Source: an uncultured Clostridia bacterium (GTDB lineage Bacteria; Bacillota; Clostridia; TANB77; CAG-508). From it: DNA of 64,000 nucleotides. The notes under the pieces were generated by a model. The model worked only from the letters and a program-made list of their open reading frames with translations. It had not been told where the DNA came from and searched no databases. The stretch spans positions 9,789 through 73,788 of the forward strand of contig CAQUBD010000003.1 of the NCBI GenBank assembly GCA_948891265.1, read 5' to 3'. Numbering within the stretch: the first letter of the stretch is position 1; each line of letters begins with the position of its first letter. Below are positions 1 through 8,797 of the stretch, piece by piece. The position numbers were made by a program, and so were the translations under genes.

Positions 1-1160
1 TTAGCAATATTTTCTTTTAGACTAGTAATTACACTATTAATTAAACTATCTTCTCTTAAATGGATATTTGAGCAAAATTTACTACCATTTCTTTTATAAG
101 AAGAACAAACGCATCTAAAATATTTTCCATGATTTTTATTATAGGTTATTTTTGATTTACATTTTTTGCATAAAACTAGCCCTTGTAACAAATGAGGAGA
201 AGAAGCGATATAATTCCATTCATTTGATTTTTTATCAAGCATAATTTGAACACTATTAAAAATATTTCTATCAATGATTGGTTCGTGATTGTTTTCAATA
301 ATGATATGTTGCTGTTTTGGTACATCAATAATTTTTTTTGTTTTATAATTTAATTTGCTATACTTGTGTTGTACTAAATCACCAGTATAAATTCTATCTC
401 TAAGAATTTTAGAAATCATGGTTGTACTCCATAAATTTGTTTTGTTATTTGGATTATAATAGTTTGTAGTTTTTCTTTTATAGGCAAGTGGTGTTAGTAT
501 TTTATTGTTATTTAGATATCTACATATTTCAGTTTTATTGTTTCCAGTATAATACATTTCAAATATTTTTTGAACAATAGAAGAAACTTCATAATCTACT
601 AAAATAATATTTTTGTCCTTTTCATCTTTTTTATATCCATAAGGTAAAAAGGATTTTATATTTTGTCCACTAGATGCTTTGGTTAGCAAGCTAGATCTAA
701 CCTTTTTTGAAATATCTTTTGCATACATATCATTAAAAACAGATTTAAATGGTGTCATATCATTATTTGTGTTGTTATTGTCAAATGTATCAATTCCATC
801 ATTTAAAGCAATATATCTTACATTTTTTAATGGAAAGTATTTTTCTAAATAATAACCTGTTTCAATGTAATCTCTGCCAAGTCTTGATAAATCCTTTGTA
901 ATGACTAAATTTACATTACCAAGTTCAATATCATTGATTAAATTTTTAAAATCTGGTCTATTAAAATTTGTACCAGTAAATCCATCATCTACATATATTT
1001 TAAATAAAGTCCAACCTTGACTTTTTATATAATTAATTAGTAACTTTTTTTGTGTATCAATACTTTCAGATTCTTTGTCTTTTTCATCTTCTCTTGAAAG
1101 TCTTGTGTAAATTCCTACTTTAAAATAAGTAGGAGGAAAGTTATAGTTTAACTCTTGCAT
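1..1160 (-). CDS. Large serine recombinase, partial: N-terminal 386 aa, C-terminus lies beyond the left window edge
   Basis: Reverse translation from the ATG at 1160-1158 gives MQELNYNFPPTYFKVGIYTRLSREDEKDKESESI..., i.e. the serine recombinase catalytic motif (Y-x-R-x-S-R-E-D) followed by a resolvase/recombinase domain. An SD-like AGGAGG lies just upstream. The frame runs open to position 1. Confidence 0.8.
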   Translation of the reverse strand, partial: MQELNYNFPPTYFKVGIYTRLSREDEKDKESESIDTQKKLLINYIKSQGWTLFKIYVDDGFTGTNFNRPDFKNLINDIELGNVNLVITKDLSRLGRDYIETGYYLEKYFPLKNVRYIALNDGIDTFDNNNTNNDMTPFKSVFNDMYAKDISKKVRSSLLTKASSGQNIKSFLPYGYKKDEKDKNIILVDYEVSSIVQKIFEMYYTGNNKTEICRYLNNNKILTPLAYKRKTTNYYNPNNKTNLWSTTMISKILRDRIYTGDLVQHKYSKLNYKTKKIIDVPKQQHIIIENNHEPIIDRNIFNSVQIMLDKKSNEWNYIASSPHLLQGLVLCKKCKSKITYNKNHGKYFRCVCSSYKRNGSKFCSNIHLREDSLINSVITSLKENIA

Positions 1161-1723
1161 TTAGCCTCCTTCCCAGAGTTTAAATTTACGATAACTATTT
1201 ATTTATACTTTTATATTTTATTTCATTTTTATCATTATTTAAATTCCAAAAAAAATAATTTTCATTTAACCATTTTTGCATTAATTCTGTAAGTGTTAAG
1301 CCATTTTCATCATATATATTTGTTACTTTAGTCTGTAATGTGTTTTTTTGCATTGAATCACCTTCTACATAAGTTTATGAACGAAAAAAATAAATATAAA
1401 TTGTCCAAAGATAATTTATATTTATTCATTTTAGTTCAAAATGTGTTTACTTATTTTTTTTTATAGTTTTGTAGTAGCAATTTGCATATTAATTGTTACT
1501 AAAGTAATTATATAATATTTTGTTTGCTTTGAAAATATATACATGTGAATTTTTAAAATGCTTATGTTTCAAAGGTTATAGAAGAAAGATATATCCACTT
1601 TAATAAAAATGTGAACAATAATTAAATTTTATGTTAAATTGATTGAAAAATACGTGAATTTATGCTATTATTATATAGTAACAGTTAGTTAAAGTAGCAT
1701 ACAAAAAGTTGGAGGTAGTGCTT

Positions 1724-2200
1724 ATGCAACAACATCGGAAAGACTTACAACCATTTGACATGAAACGCCTTAATGAAATTCGTAAATTGAGAAAGGGCGA
1801 TAAATGTTATTTCAGTGCAGGAGCTAATTCAAGCTTTTGGGATGAACTGGAGTGTATTCTTAAATGCAATCCTAAAAGTCACATGTGGGAAAGAAAAGAC
1901 AATGATGATGTTGTACTTGGAGAAGTCTGGTACCAGCGGGTAGGAGAATTTTACTATAAACATACAGTTCATAAATTTGAATATATGTATGTAGCATCTG
2001 AAGAATTGGTAATTGACTCACATGGACACAATGAACAGATTCATGAAGGAAAGCAAGTCAGGAAAACACGAGAATTCTATATTTTCCCTGATGGCAGAAT
2101 TGAGATGTGCGGAAAAGATTGTAAGCACAGATTAATCAATGACTACGGGAAACACATTTATGTTCTTTCACTGAAAATCTGTAACAACGGAAACCATTAA
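1724..2200 (+). CDS. Hypothetical protein with markedly higher GC than its surroundings (likely foreign cargo)
   Basis: Long ORF with a GGAGG RBS 9 nt before the ATG at 1724. The tool ORF starts at 1709. Local GC is ~40% against a ~27% background. No family recognised. Confidence 0.5.
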   Translation: MQQHRKDLQPFDMKRLNEIRKLRKGDKCYFSAGANSSFWDELECILKCNPKSHMWERKDNDDVVLGEVWYQRVGEFYYKHTVHKFEYMYVASEELVIDSHGHNEQIHEGKQVRKTREFYIFPDGRIEMCGKDCKHRLINDYGKHIYVLSLKICNNGNH

Positions 2201-2228
2201 TCCAGCATATTGGATATTTGTAATCCAA

Positions 2229-2276
2229 TACAAAACAGCATTCTTAGACATATTTGTCAAAGGATGCTGTTTTGAT
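2229..2276 (+). terminator. Rho-independent terminator candidate after the 1724..2200 gene
   Basis: Inverted repeat aaacagcat...atgctgttt followed by T residues. Confidence 0.4.
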
Positions 2277-2281
2277 AATCA

Positions 2282-2806
2282 TTACAGTTCATATTCTTTT
2301 ATTTCACAATTTTTTAATCCTCTATTTAAGAATTTACCATCAATTATTCCATTAAAATAACCACTAAATGCTTTTGATACTCCACTATGACCTACTATTA
2401 GTACATTTTTATAATCTTTTGTTTTTAGTTCATCTAAAAAATTATAAATTCTATTAAAAAACTCTTTAATATTTTCACTTGTACCATATTGGATAGTCGT
2501 ATAATAATTCCAATATTCTTCTCTATTTGTTACTTCAAGAGGTTGTCCACTTAAACTTCCTGGATCACGTTCTTTAAGTCTGTCATCTATTATTATATTT
2601 TTATTATCAATATTAATAATATCAGCAGTATGTTTTGCTCTTGATAATGGAGAACATATGATAAAATCATATTTTATAGCTTTAATTTTTTCTTTTAATT
2701 CTTCAGCTTGCTTTATTCCTGTTTCATTTAAGTCTTCATCTTCTCTGTTATACAATCCATATAAATTATGATTTACTTCTCCATGTCTTACTAAATATAA
2801 TTTCAT
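2282..2806 (-). CDS. Histidine phosphatase family protein (phosphoglycerate mutase-like / CobC-like)
   Basis: MKLYLVRHGEVNHN... carries the RHG catalytic motif. The tool ORF extends to 2929, but that extension overlaps the upstream paralog, and an RBS (AAGGAAGG) precedes the internal ATG at 2806. Confidence 0.75.
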   Translation of the reverse strand: MKLYLVRHGEVNHNLYGLYNREDEDLNETGIKQAEELKEKIKAIKYDFIICSPLSRAKHTADIINIDNKNIIIDDRLKERDPGSLSGQPLEVTNREEYWNYYTTIQYGTSENIKEFFNRIYNFLDELKTKDYKNVLIVGHSGVSKAFSGYFNGIIDGKFLNRGLKNCEIKEYEL

Positions 2807-2822
2807 TTTTTTAATCCTTCCT

Positions 2823-3353
2823 TTATAGTTCATAATCATAAATTTTACAATTTTCATTAATATCTGATGAGTTTCCATTGTCTGGTATTCCATTAAAATA
2901 CCAATAAATCGCTCTTGATATTCCTCCATGTGTAACTAATAAAATATTATCATCACTATTACTTGATTTTAATTCATCTAGAAAATCGGATATCCTTTCA
3001 TATACACTTTTCATAGTTTCTAATTCTGGATATAATCTATCTGAATTATAATTCCAAAATTCATCCCATTTAAGTTGCTTGAAAGGAACTTTTTCATATA
3101 TTCCCATATTTCGTTCTTTTATTCTATTTTCAATTATCACAGGAATATTTTTGTTTAATCCAAATAATTTTAATGTATGTTTCGCTCTTGGTATTGGAGA
3201 ACAAAATATTTTATTGATATTTAACTTTTTAATATCTTTTCCAACTGCTATAGCTTGTTGGATACCTGTTTCATTTAACGGCTCATCTTCAGTTGCTATA
3301 ATTTCATTTTTACCCATATTAGTTTCACCATGTCTAATTACATATAATTTCAT
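2823..3353 (-). CDS. Histidine phosphatase family protein (PGAM-like), tandem paralog of the previous gene
   Basis: MKLYVIRHGETNMGK...CSPIPRAKHT... shows the RHGE motif and the conserved C-terminal His region. Confidence 0.8.
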   Translation of the reverse strand: MKLYVIRHGETNMGKNEIIATEDEPLNETGIQQAIAVGKDIKKLNINKIFCSPIPRAKHTLKLFGLNKNIPVIIENRIKERNMGIYEKVPFKQLKWDEFWNYNSDRLYPELETMKSVYERISDFLDELKSSNSDDNILLVTHGGISRAIYWYFNGIPDNGNSSDINENCKIYDYEL

Positions 3354-3439
3354 TACAAATCTCCTAATTACTTAAATAAATATTAATAGTATGTTATCAT
3401 AAAAAATTCATATCTTCAACAAATTTTTACATTAATTTT

Positions 3440-3700
3440 AATCAGCCACATATCCATATCAAAACCACTAACAATATACACACTTAATTTTGTAAAAATC
3501 CCTTTTCCTGTATCATACCCTTTAAACTCCAAACAACTTTTTTTGAGTTTTTGTTTATTTTTGGCATATTAGAAGCCTGTCAAAATATCCACTTTAAAGA
3601 TATGAAAAAAAGCCCCAAGTGGATATATTAAAGGTATCCATTTGAAGCCCATTTTATATCCACTTTAATAATAAATATGGATATAAAAATTGTATAAACA
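3440..3700. promoter_or_regulatory. Cluster of about six TATCCA(C/T)TT-like motifs, direct and inverted, upstream of the cotJC-like gene
   Basis: atatccatatc (3450), atatccacttt (3589), gtggatatatt (3622, reverse), gtatccatttg (3640), atatccacttt (3656), atggatataaa (3676, reverse). Confidence 0.3.
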
Positions 3701-3754
3701 AAATAGTTCCTCCAAACAAAACGAAAACTGGCCTTGGGAAGGGGGAATGAACTA

Positions 3755-3961
3755 ATGTGGACTTATGATAAAATGTTAGAATATCCAATTAATATAAAAT
3801 GTACAGACCCAAGACTTGCAAAAGTTATTATTTCTCAATATGGAGGGCCTGACGGAGAGCTTGCAGCTTCTTTAAGATATTTATCTCAAAGATTTGGTAT
3901 GCCAGATCAAAAAGCTAAAGCTATTTTAAATGATATTGGTACTGAAGAATTAGTGCCTTGA
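3755..3961 (+). CDS. cotJC: 5' segment (fragment 1 of 3) of a CotJC-like manganese catalase family spore-coat gene, interrupted by intervening element A
   Basis: MWTYDKMLEYPINIKCTDPRLAKVIISQYGGPDGELAASLRYLSQRF...DIGTEEL matches the Mn-catalase/CotJC N-terminus (MWVYEK.LQYPV...QYGGPDGELAAALRYL...DIGTEE). An AAGGGGG RBS sits 7 nt upstream of the ATG at 3755. The tool ORF starts at 3734. Homology ends at DIGTEEL, then VP-stop. Confidence 0.8.
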   Translation: MWTYDKMLEYPINIKCTDPRLAKVIISQYGGPDGELAASLRYLSQRFGMPDQKAKAILNDIGTEELVP

Positions 3962-4120
3962 TGATGTCAATAGCTAAAGACAATATTTACAATTAGCTAT
4001 TGACTGTAAAATGTGGTATTTTGAATTTGCAATTTTATGTAAAATATGCTGTACTTTATATAGCAACTGTAAATTTTTCATTTCAAATCTTGCTGAATAG
4101 CAAGTAGAAAGTGTGACAGT

Positions 4121-4360
4121 ATGATTGATGTTATACCTATAGTAACAGCTTTTGATCAAAAAAGCATTTGTTTTTCTGTTGACATTTTTAGCGAAGGTAA
4201 AGAAGTTGGGAAAGCAAGTGTGATACTTGGTAAAATCGGAAAAGATGAACCAAAAGTGAGATTTTATCAGGCGTACGATATATACATAAATATGTCAAAT
4301 GAAATATATTCAAAAGCTACAGAATCATGCATATATGCATCTAAGGTAATTTGGGGATAG
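4121..4360 (+). CDS. Small hypothetical protein, 79 aa
   Basis: ORF with slightly elevated GC. No recognisable family. Confidence 0.3.
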   Translation: MIDVIPIVTAFDQKSICFSVDIFSEGKEVGKASVILGKIGKDEPKVRFYQAYDIYINMSNEIYSKATESCIYASKVIWG

Positions 4361-4385
4361 TAATATCCCCATTTTTTAATACTAT

Positions 4386-5942
4386 TTATTTTGGTATCTT
4401 TGGATATATATGTAATTCAAAATTAGTTGGGTTAGAATCCTTTTTTATTGCTTTTTCAGTTTTTAAATATGTAACTTTTGCTAGAATACTTTTAAGTAAG
4501 ATGTTTCTATCTTCAGCAGCTTCTAGTTTACAATATAAATCTATAACATTTTCAAGTTTTGGTATCATTATTTCTTTTTCGTTCTGTACTTCTGTACTTT
4601 TTTGCAGTATAGAACTATATTCTTCTAATTTGCTTTCTAAATTTTGAATATTATCTTTTATAGTTTTCGAGCGATTTATAAATTCATCTTTGCTATAAAT
4701 ACCATTTTCTAAAAAGTCATATATTTTATCAAGTTTAGTATTTTCTTTTTCTAATTCTTTTTTGGTAGTAGATATAGACTTTTCAATTATTTTAGTATTT
4801 TCAGTATTTGAATTATCTTTGACTTCATAATCTACTTTGTAATTTTCAAGCCAAATTTTTAATGCTTCAATAATTTTATTTTCAACAATATAAAGTTTAG
4901 AACTTACATTGTCACATTTAGAATTAGAACACATAAGAGTTGCAGGTTTATCAGCTTTTGCATAAGGTCGTCTTTGCATTGGCTTGCCACATTTCTCACA
5001 AAACACTAAACCAACTAATGGATTTTGAATAATATTACTATGTTTAACTTTTGGAGTATTTTGTTTTCGCTTTTCTTGGACTAATTCCCAAGTTTTATTA
5101 TCAATAATAGGCTCATGTAATCCATTATAAATTAAATAGTCTTGATTACGAGGTCTACTTATAATAATATGTCCATTTTTCGTTTTCTTTTTTTGTTTCC
5201 TTCTATTCCAAACAATCTTACCAATATAGGTAGGATTAGAAAGAATATCTTTAACAGAAGAAATAGTCCATTCATTAGAAATTCTAGGTTTTAAATTCAT
5301 ATCATTTAACTGTTTTACAACTGAATTTATAGTGTTACTTTCAAAGGTATATAATCTAAAAATTTCTTTAACAATAGGTGCTTCATCTTGATTTACAGAT
5401 AAAGAATAGCCTTTTGAATCTTTTAGTTTAACTCTATCATATCCAAATGGAGCAATATTGCCAACGAATTTACCTTCAGAAACAGAAATTTCACGACCTC
5501 TTTGTAGACGCCTATTGATTGTCTTATATTCTCTTCTAGACATAAATAAGCCAAATTCAAAATATTCTTCATCAAACTCATTATCTGGGTCATAGGTTTT
5601 AACAGGTGTAATAATTTTTGTATGAGAATATTTAAAAGCCTTTGAAACTCTACCTTGATCAGCAGTATCACCACGAGCAAGTCTTTCTACTTCTACAACT
5701 AAAACACCAGTCCATTTCTCATTTTCAACATCTTTAAGAAGTTTTTGCATTTCTTTTCTTTCACTAATCGTTTCACCACTTACAACTTCTCTATAAATTT
5801 TTGAGATATGTAGGTTTCGTTTTTCAGCTAAAGTAGTTAGAATTTTCTCATGTCTTGCTAAAGTTTCGCCTTCTCCATATTTTTCAGATTCTATATCTTC
5901 TCTTGATTTTCTTAAATATATTGCATATGTGCCATCTTGCAC
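4386..5942 (-). CDS. Large serine recombinase, 518 aa
   Basis: N-terminus AIYLRKSREDIESEKYGEG... (S-R-E-D catalytic motif). It also has a recombinase domain, a Cys-containing zinc-ribbon region (CEKCGKPM...CSNSKC) and a coiled-coil C-terminus. Confidence 0.9.
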   Translation of the reverse strand: MQDGTYAIYLRKSREDIESEKYGEGETLARHEKILTTLAEKRNLHISKIYREVVSGETISERKEMQKLLKDVENEKWTGVLVVEVERLARGDTADQGRVSKAFKYSHTKIITPVKTYDPDNEFDEEYFEFGLFMSRREYKTINRRLQRGREISVSEGKFVGNIAPFGYDRVKLKDSKGYSLSVNQDEAPIVKEIFRLYTFESNTINSVVKQLNDMNLKPRISNEWTISSVKDILSNPTYIGKIVWNRRKQKKKTKNGHIIISRPRNQDYLIYNGLHEPIIDNKTWELVQEKRKQNTPKVKHSNIIQNPLVGLVFCEKCGKPMQRRPYAKADKPATLMCSNSKCDNVSSKLYIVENKIIEALKIWLENYKVDYEVKDNSNTENTKIIEKSISTTKKELEKENTKLDKIYDFLENGIYSKDEFINRSKTIKDNIQNLESKLEEYSSILQKSTEVQNEKEIMIPKLENVIDLYCKLEAAEDRNILLKSILAKVTYLKTEKAIKKDSNPTNFELHIYPKIPK

Positions 5943-6005
5943 ATTTCCTCCTTTCCTTGTAATTTGTCTTTAACTTAGCCTTATTATATCTGTAATTGCA
6001 ACAAA

Positions 6006-6149
6006 TTACAACAAAGAAGGATTTATTTTTTTTATTAAATTAACAATAACATTATCTATATATTCTTTTTGATTAGTCGTATTTTCTACAATATAATCAT
6101 CATAAAATTTTACTTTAGTATTTTCTAATATGTATTCTTCTAATAACAT
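6006..6149 (-). CDS. Small ORF (47 aa) immediately upstream of the recombinase; candidate accessory factor
   Basis: An AAGAGG RBS precedes the internal ATG. The tool ORF runs 6006..6218. No homology recognised. Confidence 0.25.
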   Translation of the reverse strand: MLLEEYILENTKVKFYDDYIVENTTNQKEYIDNVIVNLIKKINPSLL

Positions 6150-6354
6150 ATAAATCGCCTCTTTAAAATTTATGAAAAAAATATAAAAAAATACCCAAGA
6201 CAAACTTGTCTTGAGCAAATTTATATTTTTTCTATGATAGCATTATATGATGGGCAATTTATAAAATCAATTCCCTTTTATTTCCCTTTTTTCTAAATTA
6301 GTTAGTAATAGAAATAAGATTTATTTAAATAAGATAAAAGTAGAAAATAAATTC

Positions 6355-6383
6355 TTGCAAATACGATAATTTTATGTTAATAT
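6355..6383 (+). promoter_or_regulatory. Sigma-A-like promoter candidate for the radical SAM gene
   Basis: ttgcaa, then 17 nt, then taatat, about 50 nt upstream of the ATG at 6435. Confidence 0.3.
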
Positions 6384-6434
6384 TAATATTAGTTTAAAGT
6401 TAGCAAAAAATAAAAATAGAAAGGATATGATTAT

Positions 6435-7352
6435 ATGAATTCTAAATATGTTGCTATTGCAGTTACTACTGAATGTAACTTGAAATGTCCATATTGCCAA
6501 AGTACAGGAGAAAGTATTCCAAATGTGCAAGGTATGTGGGATTATAACCGGTTAAGAGAAGTTATAACAGCTTTTTTAGAAGTTGGTTATAGGAATTTTA
6601 GAATTACAGGTGGAGAACCTACCACAGTTCCATATTTAGGAGAATTATTAGATTTTCTTCTACAAGATTCTGATGTGAAAGTACGAATAAATACCAATGG
6701 TTGTGATATAGAAAAATATGTAGACCATTTAAGCTCGCAAACAGAAGTAATATTTAGTGTAGATGGATTAAAAAATGTTTTTTTTCCTAAAAGGTTAACA
6801 GATGAGTTACTAAGGAAAATACAATATTTGCAGTCAAAAAACATTTCAATAAGACTAAACTGTGTAGTTACAAAACACAATTCCAATGAAATACTTGAAT
6901 TAATACAATTTTGTTCTAAAGAAGGATTGAATTTAAAATTGCTTGATTTGTCTCCTAGAACAGACTATCAGGGAAAAATTCAGAATGATTTTTGGAATAA
7001 TAACTACTTTGGATTAAACAAATTGTGTATTCCTTTTCCTAAGGTTGCTTCGGAATTTAGAACCAGTATGATAAAAAAGGGAACAGGAATACCTATGAGT
7101 GGATATAGTTTAGGAAACGGACATTGGCTACAAATAAAGGATTCTAGTAAGAAACCTTATTATGCTTTAGTATGTAAGTATTGTCCTTATAAAGATAATT
7201 GTATAGAAGGTGTATTTTCTCTTTCATTATCTGTTGGTGAAATTTTAAGAGTAGCCAATTGTGTTAATCAAAATTATTGGATAAAACTTAGAGGTTTGAA
7301 TCAAAGACAAATTGAAGAAGAACTAAAGAAAATGGAAAAAATCTTTTTTTAA
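6435..7352 (+). CDS. Radical SAM protein (MoaA-like core with a C-terminal Cys cluster), function unknown
   Basis: CNLKCPYC (Cx3Cx2C) and the FRITGGEPT glycine-rich SAM motif. C-terminal CKYCPYKDNC...C resembles a twitch/SPASM-like auxiliary cluster. Confidence 0.85.
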   Translation: MNSKYVAIAVTTECNLKCPYCQSTGESIPNVQGMWDYNRLREVITAFLEVGYRNFRITGGEPTTVPYLGELLDFLLQDSDVKVRINTNGCDIEKYVDHLSSQTEVIFSVDGLKNVFFPKRLTDELLRKIQYLQSKNISIRLNCVVTKHNSNEILELIQFCSKEGLNLKLLDLSPRTDYQGKIQNDFWNNNYFGLNKLCIPFPKVASEFRTSMIKKGTGIPMSGYSLGNGHWLQIKDSSKKPYYALVCKYCPYKDNCIEGVFSLSLSVGEILRVANCVNQNYWIKLRGLNQRQIEEELKKMEKIFF

Positions 7353-7372
7353 GTAATAATTAAAAAACAAAA

Positions 7373-7397
7373 AGCGAGGGAAACCTCGTTTTTTCTA
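7373..7397 (+). terminator. Rho-independent terminator after the radical SAM gene
   Basis: gcgagggaaacctcg hairpin followed by tttttt. Confidence 0.55.
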
Positions 7398-8104
7398 AAT
7401 TATTTAAAAAACTTAGAATTTATAATAATATTAGAAATAGAAAATTATTATAATTTTACAAAAATTTGAATCTATAAAGAGTGATTTAATCCGTTATAAC
7501 AATTCTAATGTGCTTTATAAAATCAAGTCAAGGTTAAAATGAATGTGCTATCGCACAACCTTGACTTAATTTTATAAGCACATTGTCTTTTCAGTTAAGA
7601 GGATTTAAGGATAAGTATATTTAATTAAGTAGACATAAGTACATTTCAAGAGCAAAATACCTCATTAGAAATGAGGGCAGGAAAGAGAGTGTTCACACAT
7701 CGCTTATACACATTGAAGGACAAGCCTTCAAGAGTTAATAAAAGAACAAAAATTTTAAGCAGATATGATGTAGAAATTCACTGGGTGAACTGGTTCAAAC
7801 CCGCTATTCTTCGTTGAAATTGGAAATAGTGAACTAAAAAATTAAAAAAGTTCACTCATTTTAGGCAAAAGTTCACCAAGTGTACTAAAAAATTTTCTGA
7901 AATTTTGTAAAACAGTTACCGAGGAATCCTCGATAACTAGTTATAATAATACAAATTACAAAAATTTTAAGCTTGTTCCAAAATGGAACAAGCTCACTTT
8001 GTGTACTTAGTATTTGTGAAAATTTGTTAAAAAGTATTGATTTTGCAAATAAAATAACTTATAATGAATATAATAGTAGTGGATATTTAATATCTACTAT
8101 AATT

Positions 8105-8227
8105 AAAAATGTGAGTCGCAACCCTATTTGCGTCGAATAAATGGATAGGTGAAAAAATGTGAACCGCAACCCTGCTTGCGAGATATAAATGTGCAGGTGG
8201 AAAAATGTTAATTATAGTAAAATGTGG
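8105..8227 (+). ncRNA. Candidate type III antitoxin RNA (ToxI-like): 2 full and 1 partial tandem repeat of ~47-49 nt
   Basis: R1 is 8105-8151 and R2 is 8152-8200; each begins AAAAATGTGA. R1-R2 identity is about 80%, with compensatory changes cctat...atagg (R1) versus cctgc...gcagg (R2) that preserve a stem. A partial third unit (8201-8227) repeats the AAAAATGT boundary motif. Placement is promoter-like region, then repeats, then terminator, then toxin gene. Confidence 0.6.
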
Positions 8228-8260
8228 GGTCTATAAAATTAATTTAGATCCCATATTTTC
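8227..8260 (+). terminator. Terminator between the repeat array and the toxin gene, as in toxIN-type loci
   Basis: Stem gggtcta/tagatcc (7 bp, one G-U pair) followed by cauauuuuc. Confidence 0.45.
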
Positions 8261-8280
8261 ATAAAAGGAGTTAAATAATA

Positions 8281-8757
8281 ATGATAATAGAAGATGGAAA
8301 ATTTTATTTTATAAAAGATGAGTTTTTTGATATATTTAAAGATTATAAATTGATGGAAAACAAAGAATGCGGAAATAAAAGACCTTGCTACTTTTGCTTT
8401 AGAGATAGAAAAAACAAAGAAATAATATGGTTTGTTCCAATATCGACTAAATATGATAAATATAAAAAGATATATGATAATAAAAAATTAAAAATTGGAA
8501 ATAAACCAGTATATAATTTTGTTTTTGGTAATGTATTAGGTAAAAAAGCTGTATTTTTAATACAAAATATATTTCCAACAACAGAAGAATATATATTAGA
8601 GAAATATACAAATTCAAATATAGATGTAGAAATACCTACAGTAGTAAAAAATGAAATTATAACTACTGCATTAAGAGTTGTGAGACTTGCAGAAGAAGGC
8701 ATACATATTCCATTTTATAATATTGTTGAAATGAGAAATATTTTGTTAAAAGAATAA
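8281..8757 (+). CDS. ToxN/AbiQ-family type III toxin (endoribonuclease) candidate, 158 aa
   Basis: KFYFIKDEFFDIFKDYK...KRPCYFCF...WFVPISTKYDK follows the ToxN/AbiQ pattern (FY.I...Y...L..FD....RP..G......YFAPLSSPK). Size ~160-170 aa, AGGAG RBS. Confidence 0.6.
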   Translation: MIIEDGKFYFIKDEFFDIFKDYKLMENKECGNKRPCYFCFRDRKNKEIIWFVPISTKYDKYKKIYDNKKLKIGNKPVYNFVFGNVLGKKAVFLIQNIFPTTEEYILEKYTNSNIDVEIPTVVKNEIITTALRVVRLAEEGIHIPFYNIVEMRNILLKE

Positions 8758-8772
8758 AGAATAAAAAATATC

Positions 8773-8797
8773 ATATGTGCAGAAATTGCACATATGG
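8773..8797. repeat. Perfect 10-bp palindrome catatgtgca-gaaatt-tgcacatatg downstream of the toxin gene
   Basis: Inverted repeat seen directly. An A-run precedes it on the + strand, so it would act as a terminator only for the minus strand. Confidence 0.4.

Noticed and set aside
2282-2929. 215-aa version of the first histidine phosphatase ORF
   Set aside because: The N-terminal extension overlaps the 3' end of the upstream paralog and carries no homology. An RBS-preceded internal ATG at 2806 gives the canonical MKLYLVRHGE start.
5423-5680. Antisense and overlapping small ORFs inside large genes (for example 5423..5680, 6587..6886, 8388..8702, 15786..16070, 26786..27184, 38961..39158, 40840..41307, 54610..55217)
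   Set aside because: They are AT-rich shadow frames within strongly supported genes on the other strand or frame, with no RBS and no homology.
6435-7352. Assigning the element-A radical SAM enzyme to viperin or MoaA
   Set aside because: Only the generic Cx3Cx2C and GGEP motifs are shared. The viperin-specific C-terminal motifs are absent, and a MoaA assignment would not explain the mobile-element context. Left as unknown function.
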